A DNA stretch of 64,000 nt from NCBI GenBank assembly GCA_043228905.1, contig JBHGNT010000001.1, positions 20,212,001 through 20,276,000 on the forward strand. The letters run 5' to 3'. Under the pieces are notes generated by a model that was not told where the DNA came from, did no database searches, and saw only the letters and a program-made list of their open reading frames with translations. The stretch is from Azolla caroliniana (lineage: Eukaryota; Plantae; Polypodiophyta). The stretch's first letter is position 1, and the number at the start of each line of letters is the position of its first letter. The position numbers were made by a program, and so were the translations under genes. Positions 1 through 13,400 of this stretch are shown here, in pieces.

Positions 1-1015
1 CAGTACTTCTCTATCTTAGTACTACTCCTGACACTAGCCAAGATCACGGAGGAGGAGCTGGCCAAGATCCGGATGAACGTACTCAGATGGTCGCTACGAC
101 AAAGACACTTGCAAAAGTGGCAAAAGAAAAAACATAGTTGAACCAGAAGCACTATGAAGAAACGAAACAAGAAAAACTGGCTTTGGATAAGGTCCAAACC
201 ACTTACCAGACCCAACTGCTGAACTATGAAGTGCAAGTTCAGGATATCGTGGCCCTCTTTAAGAAAATGAAGGAAAAAAAGAAGGTTGTCGAGGACAATA
301 TCAAGCTTGGGGTGGAACGAATACGGATGATGGTCACGACATGGAAAGACCGGACAAAGGCAAACGTTGCCGACTACTCGATGATTGTGTGGACGCAATG
401 GTCAAAGCAATGAACGGAATTACAGGTGCTCCGCGCAAATGCGAAGAACTGGAAAAAAACTGGGGACAATTTCTACAAGATGGAAGAAGAAAGTATAATC
501 ACCATCCATAAGGAATTTTCAGAGAACTTTGTCTCCTTGGCAGAATCCAACCTTGAAGTTGTCCAGAGGATGATTGAAAGGCTTGAGGATGATTAGCTCG
601 GAATGCAACTACAGTTCGAACGATATGAACGGGAGCGACGAACGCTGGAAACGGAAAAATGAGCGGCGGCAATAACTATCAATGATGAGGAGCATACTAT
701 AGAATCGCCACCGCAGGAGGAGGAGTATCCACCTGAAGCTGGTAGGGAACAACCAAGGGAAGATGGTGTGGAGTAGGACAAAGCAGCCGGGTCGGAGCAA
801 GAGGCAGGAACCGGAAAGGGCGTAGATGCTAAAACCGACGCAAGAACGAAGATACCTCAACCAAAAGAAGCCAGAAAACAGTAACAAGAAGAGCAACAAC
901 AGAACGAGGACCCACTCGTACACCTGGACCAGAGCATATTGGACATACTCGTCGAGGATTGAAGGGGCTAACCCTGGGTTCAACGTACAACGTATTGTCC
1001 CACGGGCGTGCCATC
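1..1015 (+). pseudogene. 3' end of a Gypsy element: decayed accessory coiled-coil ORF, homologous to 53019-54494
   Basis: LDKVQTTYQTQLLNYEVQ...GVERIRMMVTTW...WTQWSKQ aligns by eye with LQRLQTTYQGQLTRYREQ...GASRIKDIMRAW...WTKWAPN; stops present; same conserved motif precedes the LTR. Confidence 0.85.
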
Positions 1016-1479
1016 TGTTGGCCGGAGAGTATGAAAGAGAAGTGGGGATGAGTCGGACGCGGAACATATTAGTTATTAATTAGCTAGAATTAAAATAGGA
1101 ATGGACAGATCCGGGAGAGTTGCAACGATCCGGATCTGGACTGAACCATAGCGGGTTGCCGGTATGGCACCGTTTTGTAATCAGAACTGGATTCCTGTAA
1201 AAGGATCCGAAGAACTATTTATTAAGAGAGGGGAAATGAATATAAGTATAATTGTCTTTGAGAGTATTGTGTACCTTCCGTTCTATAATTACGGTTCTAT
1301 CTTACGTATGGAAACAATCTATGTATGTTATTAATCTAGAACCGACCCCGAAATAGTCGGATATAATTATAATTTTGCTGAAAGCATAAAACCCGTAACC
1401 ACCCTTTGATGAAGTAATCTGAAAGGACAACCTGTGTTAGTGGCTAGTCCAGCCCATGAATAATAAGAAACTCGCAACA
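1016..1479 (+). repeat. 3' LTR of the Gypsy relative
   Basis: TGTTGGCCGG...CAACA termini; shares blocks GGCACCGTTTTGTA, ACCCTTTG-TGAAGT and TGTGTTAG with LTR 45092-45510; right end inferred. Confidence 0.75.
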
Positions 1480-3534
1480 TTGTGCGATAATCGGCATCGA
1501 CACAGTAGAGGTTAAAGGTGGTTCTACTCTTGTACTACACAATGTCCGACATGTACCGGAGCTCTCAAGACCATTGATCTCGGTTAGACAATCGGATGAA
1601 GACGGCATCCGTGTCGGTTTCTCATCAGGAGGGTGGACACTCTAGAGGGGGAACCTCATGACCCACATGTAAAAGCATCAATTTAGTATAAGAGGGGAGA
1701 ATTAGTTTCATAAGGGGGAGGGGAGAGGGGAAAATCAAAGAATCCTATTTTGTAAAGGGTTTTCTCTCGAGGAAATGGAGATTTTCTATTTTGGTATTCT
1801 TTCTTCTTCTGTGTTTGAGGAGTAGCTCTGTATGGTATTTTCTTCATAACTCTCAATTCTAATGTCCGTTTTCGACGTTCTATTGATCGTTGGAAAGCTC
1901 TTTCTGAAACTTTCCAATTTATGCCTGCAAGCTTAATTTGGTTATGTCAGTGATTGATATAAGGGTTTTTATCTTCACGGTTAGGGTTGCATGCTACTCG
2001 TGGCTATTGGGATACTTTTGGCTCGACTTCCCACTCTTCCCTTCCTTCTTCTTATTTTCACTCTCCTGGTTTAGAACCCAGCAATTCTGCATGGACACGC
2101 CAATTTCTTTGATGTGACATGTGGTAAACCCAACGTGAAACGGGTTGCAGGGAGAGCGAGTTCTTTGGGATTTTACCTCTTTTAAACATGGATGTAGCAC
2201 AACTTCAATCAATTTTAGAGGTTGTTCTCACAGGGAGGGAAATGAGTCCCTACCTAGATCGATCTGTGGATGGGGTATTAGAGAAGTTAGGTCCATTCAT
2301 TGGAAAGGATGTGACCCGATTTTTGCATGTGTTCGATGCGGAGATGTTACATCACAATATTTCTGCTAATTTGAAGAAATTCAGCTTTCATCGTGTGGTA
2401 GGTGTTGATGTTCTTCCTATCCTAGAAGAGCATCAGATGCAAGATGTTGATTGGGAGGCATTCCATCATGATCTGCTTGGTGTTTTCAATTATGTTGATT
2501 CCACGAAGATGACCCGACGAGCATTTGAAGCTTGGCTGGAATCACAGAAGAAGCATAGGTCAGTTCTAGAAACCCTTACTGATTTTGAAGAAAATTTCCG
2601 ACAACTCTCAATTCAGAAGAAAACTTTGCTTGAACCAGAGAAGGTGGTTCTCTTCCTTCGCTCCGTTCCCTATGCGGATAGGGTAGAGCTAGGGAAACTT
2701 ATGGAATTAGGTGAATTTGTAACAGGTTTAGAGGAGGATTGTAGCCGAATTCGGCCCATCTGCTTTCAATATGAGAATAGACGGACATGGCTGTGCTCAA
2801 AGGGACTTGGAAATGTTACTCTGACCTCCTCTTTGAGGACAAGAACAGGGATCAAGGCATCTATGGAGAAAACACAACCAAGTTACGTAGATGAGCTGGT
2901 GAAGCAATTCATGGAGTGGAAGATTTCTTCCATCTCGAAGGTGCAACATCAGCCACAAGTGCAACAAACTCTTCCAACTAGGGATTTACAATACTTATGG
3001 TGTGACAGTTTGGAGCATCGAAGATTGGAGTGTGTGGACCATTAGGAGGTTATGGAGAAGAACATGATATTCTACAAGGATCGGTTGATCCACTCATCTA
3101 TGACTCGTCAACCACTGAAGACAAAGTTTGGGCAAGTAGGAATGAAAAAGCTCTTGGAGGAAGAACAATTTTGACATGCACAAGCAATTTTCCATTTTAC
3201 TTCGACTGTTGTTTGACTAAAGATCCAACTATTCAGATTGTTCGTATTGAAAATGGTTGTCTAAGGACTGGCTTGAGTGATCCAACCATTCCCACAAATT
3301 AGGATATGATGGTAGAGGAGAAGACCGGAAGAATTGGATCGTGAACGAGTTTTGAAGAGCACCGATTTTCGTCCACCATCTGAAAAGAAAAGTTTGGACA
3401 TACAAAGGGCTGAACCAAAACCTATACAAGCGTCTAAGAAGGCATCTCCAGCATTCCAGATGCGGACTGAATTGGAACAAGAGGTAGTTGCTTTCTCTTT
3501 CATTGAAAATTATGTTCTAAAGCAACATATCTCG
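1480..3534 (+). mobile_element. Old tRNA-Trp-primed Gypsy remnant: LTR end (about 2119), decayed PBS (2122-2139), gag-like ORF 2188-3045
   Basis: GTGACA followed by TGGTAAACCCAACGTGAA (2 transitions from the Trp PBS); F.G.DVT.FL gag motif shared with 22793 and 28902; WCDSLEHRRLEC knuckle. Confidence 0.7.
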
Positions 3535-3716
3535 TGTTGAGCGGACAAGCTCAACCGGATTTGGATTGGCTGAATAAGCCAGCGCCAGATCGGTGTCCGG
3601 AACGAAGTCCCGGATTAGTGTCGGGATCGGTATCCGGAAGCAGGAGCCGGATCGGAAAGACGGACCGGATTGTAATCGGTAGGCCGTTAGAGTCCTACGA
3701 ATCTAGCCTGGTACGT
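3535..3716 (+). repeat. Probable 5' part of an LTR interrupting the gag remnant
   Basis: Starts TGTTGAGCGG; CCGGAT-rich like LTRs at 1016 and 5828; cut by the LTR starting at 3717; remainder not found. Confidence 0.45.
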
Positions 3717-3816
3717 TGTCGTGAAGATTTCAGGCCATAAGGGGTAACGTAGCCAAATGGTTGTGAACGCAGGTGTGCACAAGTGCACCCCCTTTTGTAC
3801 TAGCATATGTAAATAC

Positions 3817-6800
3817 TGCTGGGAAGTCGGTCTCTCCGGATGGGATCCAATGATGAATAAAGAAGACCCAGTGAGAACCAGAAGAGATCTGGAAACCGGA
3901 TTGGTGGGAACCGGAAGAGAAGACAGATTTGTAAATATGTCTTGAATAAGCCCATTGAGGCTATATTTGTAAATAGCCCTAAGTTCATATAACTATAAAT
4001 ATGACTTAGGGCAATCACTATTGGCGTTGTTGTCATATTGCTGTAACTGTTGTACAGAGAGTGAGAGGGAGAGGGAGGGATACAGAGCGATACTCTTTTG
4101 TAACCGCCACTATGTAAAGAAACAGAGCTCGAGGTCATTGCCTCCAAGTCTCTGATTGTACCCCTTCTCTTCATAGTGATAGTTCGGAGTCTGTGGGCTC
4201 CCTTGGTTTTTTCCCTATTAGGGTTTTCCCACGTAAACATCCGGTGTCATTTTCTTGTGTACTCTCCACTTCCCATTTTTGTGTTTGATTCTTATAGAAG
4301 TGATTTACTACTCGGTTGTGGCTGAGCGATATTCCGCGTGCATTACTCATCAAAGTGGTATCAAAGCAAACAATACAGAAAATGGAAAAATCTTTTGGCG
4401 GCATGTTCAAATTCACCGTCTCCAACTACTCAGTGTGGAAGTCGAAGATGAGGGACATGCTGGTGGTTAAAGATCTTTGGTTGCCGGTTCAGTTCAGGGA
4501 CAAGAGACTAGATAAGATCGATGCCACGGTGTGGGAGGTGATGCACATGAAGACGACAACATGCATCCGGTGCTTCATTGACATGAGCTTGTACAACAAC
4601 TTCAATGAAGAGAGCAAGGCTCATGAACTCTAGGAGAAGATCGGCATTATGTTTCAAAAAAAAAATATTGTTAATCGAGTTTCGGTATTCCGGAAGCTAG
4701 TGAGGCTCCGGTAACAAGACGGCTCCAGTATGGCGGAGCACATGAATACCTTCCAAGGGCTGATACATCAAGCAACCTCGTTGGAAGTACCTCTAGCCGA
4801 TGAGGTACTTGCTCTACTCTTGCTCGGTTCGCTCCCGGATAGCTGGGAGACGTTAGTTGTCACGTTGGGCAACGCTGGGCCGGAAGGAAAACAACTATCC
4901 CTAGCAAGGGTCAAGTTAAGCCTGCTGGAGGTGCGTCGGAAAGACAAGGAGGTGATCTCTGACGCCAAAGCCCTCCTTACCGAATCGGAACGCGGAAGAC
5001 AAAGGAATCGGAGTCCCCAGAACCGGGAAAAGTCGGGGACACGGTCAAAGTCAAGGGGGAGGCCCATTTGCTTCTATTGCAGCAAGCCGGGGCACTTCCA
5101 GAAGAATTGTCGGCATTTCCGGAAAGAGAAGGGAACCGATAGTACCTATTCGAAGCGGTCACCAGACCGGAACGACAAAGACCAGAGAGGACCGGACCAG
5201 AAGGGAACGACGGCAATTGCGGCAAGTGAAGAGGAGTTGATGTTCATCACTGAGGAGAGTGAGTCAAGAACCTTGCCGGCAACGAGACAACGTGGGTTGT
5301 CGATTCCGGAGCGTCGTTCCACCTTACCCCAGATCAGAAATGCTTCTCATCCTACACAGCCGGCGAGCACGGCTATGTCCGGATGGGGAATGAAGGGACA
5401 TGCCAAATTATCAGCATAGGAGATGTGTTGTTGACGACATCAACCGGATGGAAGTTGCTCCTAAAGGATGTCCGACATGTTCTAGAGGTTCGACCGAACC
5501 TGATATTAGTCGGTCCGCTAGATGATGAAGGCTACACAGGTAGCATCTGGAATGGTGTCATGAAGTTCTGCAAAGAGAGCTTAATAGTGGCTCGAGCACG
5601 AAAGGTCAACACATTGTACTTGATGAATGCCTGGATATGCCGGGAAGTAGTGAACGTACCATCTGACACTGCCGGTGAGTTGTGGCACAAAAGACTGTGT
5701 CACATGAGTGAGAAGGGGATGAAGAGGCTTGCCAAAGACAACCTCATTCCGGTGAAGGACGTGCAACTTGAGAAGTGCACTGACTACCTGGTCGGCAAGC
5801 AAAACCGCACCTCCTTCCAGTCAAGACTGTTGTCTGTCTGGCCGGACTAGCCTCAACACAGGTGTCTATCCGACACTTCTCCAAAGGGGTGGTAAGGGTT
5901 GGATGCTAGGTTACACGCGTAAGATGATTACAATTAAGCACAGACGATAAACAATACGAGATACAGATAAACACGCAATAATTACTATTGTATTACTTTC
6001 CGTCCAAAACACTTTACAAATCATCGGATCCTTTTATAGGCATCCGGCAAGGTTACAATCGGTGCGCTTAGGCAACCGACATCCGAATCGGTCCGGATCC
6101 GGATCGGTACAACTGTACCGGATCCGTCCCTCTGAATAATAATTCTACTATTATTTACTTCCTATTATCCGATCCGATTCCGCCTTCCCACTTGTCCTTG
6201 CTCTTCTGACCGGCCAACAAAGACCACCGATGAGACGGAATCCACCACTAGAGTTGGTGCATACCGATGTGTGTCAAGTCGACACGAAGTCACATGCTGG
6301 ATCGCAGTACTTCGTGACGTTCATAGACGACCACAGCCGAAAGCTGTGGTCCTCACCGTTGAAGACGAAGGACCAAGTGTTATCCGTCTTCAAGGAGCTC
6401 CACACGAGAGTGGAAAGAGAAACCGGTCGAAAGCTGAAGGCGGTTCGAGCAGATAACGAAGGAGAATACCAAGGAAAGTTCGAGGAGTACTGTCGGTCAA
6501 AGGGAATCCCGCTCAAGTTTACTATGCCGAAGACGCCGGAATTAAATAGGTTGGCCCAAGTCGTTTTGGGCTGAGACACTGACGACGACGACCTATGTGA
6601 TAAACAGATCACCCTCAGTATCCTTGGGAGGAGACTCACCTTAGAAAGCATGGACCGGTAAGGATGTGTCTTACTAGCATCTGAAGGTGTTCGAGTGTCT
6701 CGCATACGTACATGTGGTGAAGTACAAGAGAGGAAAGCTGGATCCGAAGTCCCGGCCATGCATATTCCTTGGATACGGCGATGATGAGTTTTGGTTACCA

Positions 6801-9370
6801 GGTGTGGGATTTGGTCGACAGAAAGGTGTTCCGGAGTCGAGACATAGTCTTCATGGAAGACAGGACCATTGCCGATTGGGAGTCGGAGAAGAAGGTAACG
6901 AACTATGGATCATCCATTGAAAACCGGCTTGAGGACAAAAGGATATACTTGGTTGAAAACCGGATGTTAGTCGGCAACAGGATGACACTCAATGAACCGG
7001 CCGGATTCCGACAAGAAACCGGATTTCGACCGAAGAAGAAGAAGACACCAGAACCGGACAAGATCTCGAATCGGATTCGGATTCGGAACAGACGGAGGAA
7101 CCAACAGTCAAAAACCAAGAACGGAGATATCCTCTCTGGGACAAAAGAGCCCCCCGAAGATTTTCGGATGCATAGCATGTGTTGCTAACTGATGAGGGAG
7201 AGCTAGAAAGCTTTGAAGAAGCAAGGGGGGACACCCACAACCGCAAGTGGTTGAGTGCCATGTAGGACGAGATGGATTCCCTGCATGAGAACCACACATA
7301 CGAATTGGTGGATTTGCCGAAAGGAAAGAGGGCACTCCGAAACAAGTCGGTGTACAAGTTGAAACCGGGAGACGCTATATATCCACCAAGGTATAAGGCC
7401 CGAATCCTTGTGAAGGCCTTCCAGTAGAAGAAAGGAGTGGATTTTGATGAGATCTTCGCCCTGGTAGTAAAGATGACATCCATCCGGACGGTATTAGACA
7501 TAGCGGCAAGCATGGACCTTGAGGTAGAGCAATTGGACGTCAAGACGGCATTCCTACACGGAGAACTCGAAGAAGAGATCTACATGCATCAAGCGGAAGG
7601 ATTTGAGAAGAAAGGGAAGGAGCACCTGGTGTGCCGGCTGAAGAAGAGCTTATAGGGACTGAAGCAAGCTCCCGGACAATGGTACCGGAAGTTTGACTCC
7701 TTCATGACCGATCAACGGTACCACAAGACGCAAGCCGATCACTGTGTTTTTGTGAAGAAATTTGATGGAGGAGATTTCCTGATATTGCTCCTATACGTGG
7801 ACGACATGTTGATTGTCGGACAAGACCAAGTCAAGATATGGATGCTAAAGAAATCCCTTAACCGGACCTTCTCATTGAAAGACTTGGGTCCGGCAAGACA
7901 GATACTGGGGATGCACATCATCCGGGACCGGTTGAAGAAGCAATTGTTGCTGTAAGAGGAAAAGTATGTGACAAAGGTGCTTCAACGGTTTAACATGCTA
8001 GAAGCAAAACCGGTCGGATCGACACTCCCAACAAACTGCAGATTATCTGGTAAGCAATGCCTAAAGAAAAAGACAGAGAAGGCGGATATGATGAAGATTC
8101 CATATGCCTCTCCGGTCGGGAGCTTGATGTACACAATGGTTTGTACCCCACCGGATATCGGATATGCAGTCAAAGTGGTGAGCCGGTTCATAAGCAATCC
8201 CAGCAAAGAGCATTGGAACGCGGTAAAATGGATACTCCGGTACTTGAAGGGCACTTCGAGTATGTCCCTCCGATTCGGCTCCGGTAAACCCCTCATGGAA
8301 GGCTTTACCGATTCGGATAGCTCGGCTGATGTGGACACCAGCCGGTCAACTTCCGGATATGTCATGACCTATGCAGGGGGAGCCGTTTCGTGGCAATCGA
8401 GGCTGTAGAAGATGGTTGCGTTGTCAACCACGGAGGTGGAGTACATGGAAGCCATGGAAGCCGGCAAGGAAATATTATGGATGAAGGACTTCATCGGAGA
8501 GCTAGGAATCCGGTAAGAGGAATACCGGCTCTACTGCGACAGCCAAAGTGCCATCCACCTTGCAAAGAACGCGACATACCACTCCAGAACGCAGCACGTC
8601 CAGAGTAGGTACCACTCGATCCGGGAGCAAGTTGAAGATCGGGGGTTTGTGCTGACGAAGATCCACACGGAGGAGAACGGGTCGGATATGTTGACCAAGG
8701 TGTTGACACCCGACAAGCTGGACGCATGCCGGACGCATATCGGACTTACAAGACATCCTATACTAGAGTGAAGGGGGAGATTGCTGGGAAATCGGTCTCT
8801 CCGGCTGGGATCCAATGATGAATAACGAGGACACAGTGAGAACCGGAAGAGATCCGAAAACTGGATCGGTGGACCCGGTGAGAACCGGAAGAGATCCGGA
8901 AACCAGATCGGTGGACCCGATGAGAACCGGAAGAGAAGACAGATTTGTAAATATGTTTGAATAAGCCCATTGAGACTATATTTGTAAATAGCCCTAAGTT
9001 TATATAACTATAAATATGACTTAGGGCAATCACTATTGCCGTTGGTTTTATTATATTGTTGTAACTGTTGTACAGAGAGTGAGAGGGAGAGGGAGAGATA
9101 CAGAGCGATAATCTGTTGTAACCACCACTGTGCGAAGAAACAGAGCTCGAGGTCGTTGCCTCCAAGTCTCTGATTGTACCCCTTCTCTTCATAGTGATAG
9201 TTCGGAGTCTGTGGGTTCCCATGGTTTCTTCCCTATAAGGATTTTTCCACGTAAACATCTGACGTCATTTTCTTGTGTACTGTCCACTTCCCATTTTTGT
9301 GTTTGATTCTTATCGAAATGATTTACTACTCGGTTGTGGCTGAGCGATATTTCGCGTGCATTACTCATCA
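3817..9370 (+). mobile_element. Full-length decayed Ty1/Copia element
   Basis: LTRs 3817-4352 and 8782-9370 (TG...CA); TSD AATAC; PBS TGGTATCAAAGC at 4356; PPT GAGTGAAGGGGGAGA; gag knuckle CFYCSKPGHFQKNC, integrase, RT LYVDDML, RNase H, with stops and frameshifts. Confidence 0.97.
5828..6219 (-). repeat. Gypsy solo LTR related to the 45092 family, inserted in the Copia integrase
   Basis: TGTTG...CAACA; TSD AAGAC; minus strand begins TGTTGGCCGG and ends GTCCGGCCAGACAGACAACA. Confidence 0.92.
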
Positions 9371-10450
9371 AATACTAAGTAACAGTAGGATTTTGGTGCT
9401 TTAATGGTCACACAAGTGGAGGAGAATAATGGGGGGATAAGGAAAGGTCATTAGACCTAATGTAAAGGTCGTCCCTTACTGTCACGGATGAACAATTGGA
9501 GATAAAGAGATGGGGAAGTTGATGAGATAGGGAGATCCATAACTTGAGGACAATGAGTAAAAATATCTATTCCATGACTGGTGTTGATCTCCTTGATGTT
9601 AACAAGGGAGATCAACCCTTTTTATTCATGTAGTGATGCATGATAAGCATGCTCATGCCAAGTCTTAGATATTGAGTCTTACATATTGGTTCTTACATAT
9701 TGAGTCCTACATACCATTCTTTATACAAAGGTTTGAATTCTGATGTTTGTCTAGGAGAAATATATATATACAAGGGCGTAAGGTTGACATTCGAGTCGAT
9801 GTTCATGAAATTATCCTCCCCTTAAGTGCCAATATCAAGAAGGTGTGGGTTTGTAAGGATATCGGACATGAAAATCATGAATGACTTTCGGGGCATTTAG
9901 TAAATTTCTAGTGGGCTCCCATGTAGCCTCAGAGATGGGATATCATTTCCATAATACAAGATATTGGAGCTTTCATCGGCTCTTCCGCGAATCCAGAATG
10001 GTCTCGACTTCATACTTATACCTGGTCGCCAAAGCCACAAGGGGAAGTGGCTCGATGCTTCTTCCTGGAATTAAGGATGGATGATAGAGCTCAAGAACTG
10101 ATGCATGGAAGAGATTCTGAATTCGGTAGTGTGATGGAAGAGCAAGACAGAAAGCCACAGGGTTGACTTTATCAATGATGCGGAATGGACCCAAATTTTT
10201 GTAATCAAGTTTGTTGCATGGGCGAGTTGCTGGAATATGCCGACGTAATAGACTGACCATGTCACCAACTTTAAAACCAGACGTAGCCCGTCGATGTTGA
10301 TCAACCTTCTCTTTGTGTCGTGCCTGAGCAATGGAGAGCACTTATTTCATTAGACGAGCTCATTCTTCAGCAGATGGATTCACATAACCAACAGGGATAG
10401 TTGTGCTGAAGTGTGGGTGGAACCCATAATTTGCAAAGAAGGGTGTTAAG

Positions 10451-13400
10451 TGACAGGAATATGCATAATATTGCTCGGCCACAACCGAGTCTTCGAATCA
10501 ACCACAGAAAGATAGGAATAGGGAGAAATGCACATATACACACAAACAATAGAGCAAGATAAAGTACACATGACGTTAACGTGGAAAACCCTAAACGGGA
10601 AAAACCACGAGAGTCCACAAACTCCAAGATGTCATTATGTTAAAGAGTAATACAATAGGGGAACACAAAGGCAACGACCTCGTGCTCACAATGTTCGCCT
10701 AGCGGCGGTTACAGTAGAGACTCACTCTATCTCTCTCTCTGTCTCCCTAAATATATGTAGAAAGAGTTTGAAAATGTCCAAAAGCATTTTCTTACCAAGT
10801 TTCTACAAGTTAAGAAACAAACGCCCTACACCCTCCTCCTCCTTGAGACGGGATCGCTTCCCATTGAGATCATGGCCATGGAAAGGGTTGTTGAATACAT
10901 GCTGAAGGTTCAAAAAAGTCCCTCACATCGACTTCCTAGAATTGTGTGGGAAGCAAGCAAAAAGATCCAAAAGATGCATAAAAGCAAAATTTTGTGTTCC
11001 GGTTGGATGTAAGATATAGAAAAATGGTTTGGTAGAGGCGATGTGAGACACTTGCTTCATGATGCATCATTAGATTCCTCTGTAAATGAGGCATTTTTGC
11101 AACGCCAATGTATCATGACATGGGACAAATGTGGAGGCTCACGCTTCACACATTATACTACACATGTTGCACCTAACTACAAAACCATATTCTTTGCGGA
11201 AAGGGGAAATCATACACATCTGTACATGTTAGAGCCCATACCATTATCTGCCATTCGAACCATTGCTTCCATGCGACTTAGCTCACATGCATTGTGATGT
11301 GAAACAGGGCGTTGGGGCACAAGTGATGAGAGTGGTCGGCTATGCACACTTTGCCCTAAACAAGTTCGCGAGTCTGAGTATCACACATTGATACATTGCT
11401 CTGCCTTTGATCATATTCGACCATGCTTTCCACATCTCTTCGATCGAGCCCAATCTTTGCATTAATTCCTCTCACAACCACAATGTGCACTCTCGATTGC
11501 AACATTCATTGGTAAAGTTCTACAACACCGAGAGTCACTACTCACTTTCACACATATTACGTGAAATGTAATATTTTTGGTCTCATAGGTCATATTTGAC
11601 CTCTGAAAACGATAATATAATCTATCTATCTATCTATCTATCTTTCCCTCTGCTACAGTCTGTACACACAATAACACTATACAGCAATGATGACAACACT
11701 CTGTTCTACAACCTTCTAACCCCTGTTTGCCCTAGGTTATATTTACACTAATATAACTTTCGGGCTATTTACAGATATAGCCACAATGGGCTAACAGAAA
11801 CATATTTACATCTATGTCCCTTCATCTGCTGAGAGGTTCTCACCTGGGCCTGGGTCATCTGGTTCTCACCGGGTCTTCCTTGTCGGGTACTCATCATCCA
11901 GTTCTCACCGGGCCTTCATCATCCCATCCGGAGGGACCGAAATCCTAACAAACTCCCCCTTCACTCTGTCATGGGATGTCTGGTTAGTTCAATTCGCTTT
12001 TGGCATGCGTCCAGCTTGTCGGGCGTCAGCACCTTGGTCAACATATCTGACCCATTCTCCTCCGTATGGATTTTTGTCAACATGAATTCTTGATCTTCCA
12101 CTCGCTCCCGGATCCAGTGGTACCTGCGTTGGATGTGCTTCATCCTGGAATGATACGCTACGTTCTTCGCAAGGTGGATGTCACTTTGACTATCACAATG
12201 GAGCCGGTATTCCTCTTGCAGGATCCCTAGCTCTTCGATGAAGTCCTTCATCCATAGTATTTCCTTGCTGGCTTCCATAGCCACCATGTACTCCGCCTCC
12301 GTCGTTGACCACAGAACCGTCTTCTGCAGCCTCGATTGCCATGAAACAGCTTCCCCTGCATATGTCATAGCATATCCCGATGTTGACCGGCTGGTATCCG
12401 CATCAGTTGACATATCTGAATCGGTGAAACCGTCAAGTTGGAGTTTATCAGAGCTGAATCGGAGACACATACATGAGGTGTCTTTCAAGTACCGGAGTAT
12501 CCATTTTACCGCATTCTAGTGCTCCTTGTTGGGATTGCTCATAAACCGGCTCACCACTCTGACTGCGTATCCGATATCCGGTCGGGTACACACCATTGCG
12601 TACATTAAGCTCCCGACGGTAGAGGCATATGGTATCTTCATCATATCCGCCTTCTTTGCCTTCGTCTTTGGGCTTTGCTTACCGGATAACCTGCAGTTTG
12701 CTGGGAGTGTCGATCCGACTGGTTTAGCATCTGACATGTTGAACCGCTGAAGCACCTTTGTCACGTACTTCTCCTGTGACAGCCACAGTTGCTTCGCTGA
12801 CTAGTCTCGGATGATATGCATCCCTAGTGTCTTGCCAGACCCAAGTCTTTCATTGAGAAGGTCTGGTTCAGAGCCTTCTTCAGCATCCATTTCTTGACTT
12901 GGTCTCGTCTGTCAAATTTCTTCACAAATACCTAGTGATCGGCCTACTTCTTGTAGTACCCTTGATCGGTCATGAAGGAGTCAAACTTCCGGTACCATTG
13001 CCGGGGAGCCTACTTTAAACCGTAGAGGTTCTTTTTCAACCGGCAAACCAAGTGCTCCTTCCCTTACTTCACAAATCCTTCCGGTTGCTGCATGTAGATC
13101 TCTTCTTCGAGGTTGCCATGAAGGAACGCCGTCTTCACGTCTAGTTGCTCTACCTCGACGTCCATGTTGGCCGCTATGCTCAGCACCGTCTGGATGGAAG
13201 TCATCTTTACTACTGGAGCAAATATCTTGTTGAATTCTACGCCCTTCTTCTGCTGGAACCCCTTCACCATGATCCTGGATTTGTATCTTGGGCGGTTGCC
13301 GGCATCTCCCGGTTTCAACTTGTACACCCACTTATTCCAGAGTGCCCGCTTTACTTTCGGCAACTCCATCAATTCATACATGTGGTTCTAATGCAGGGAA

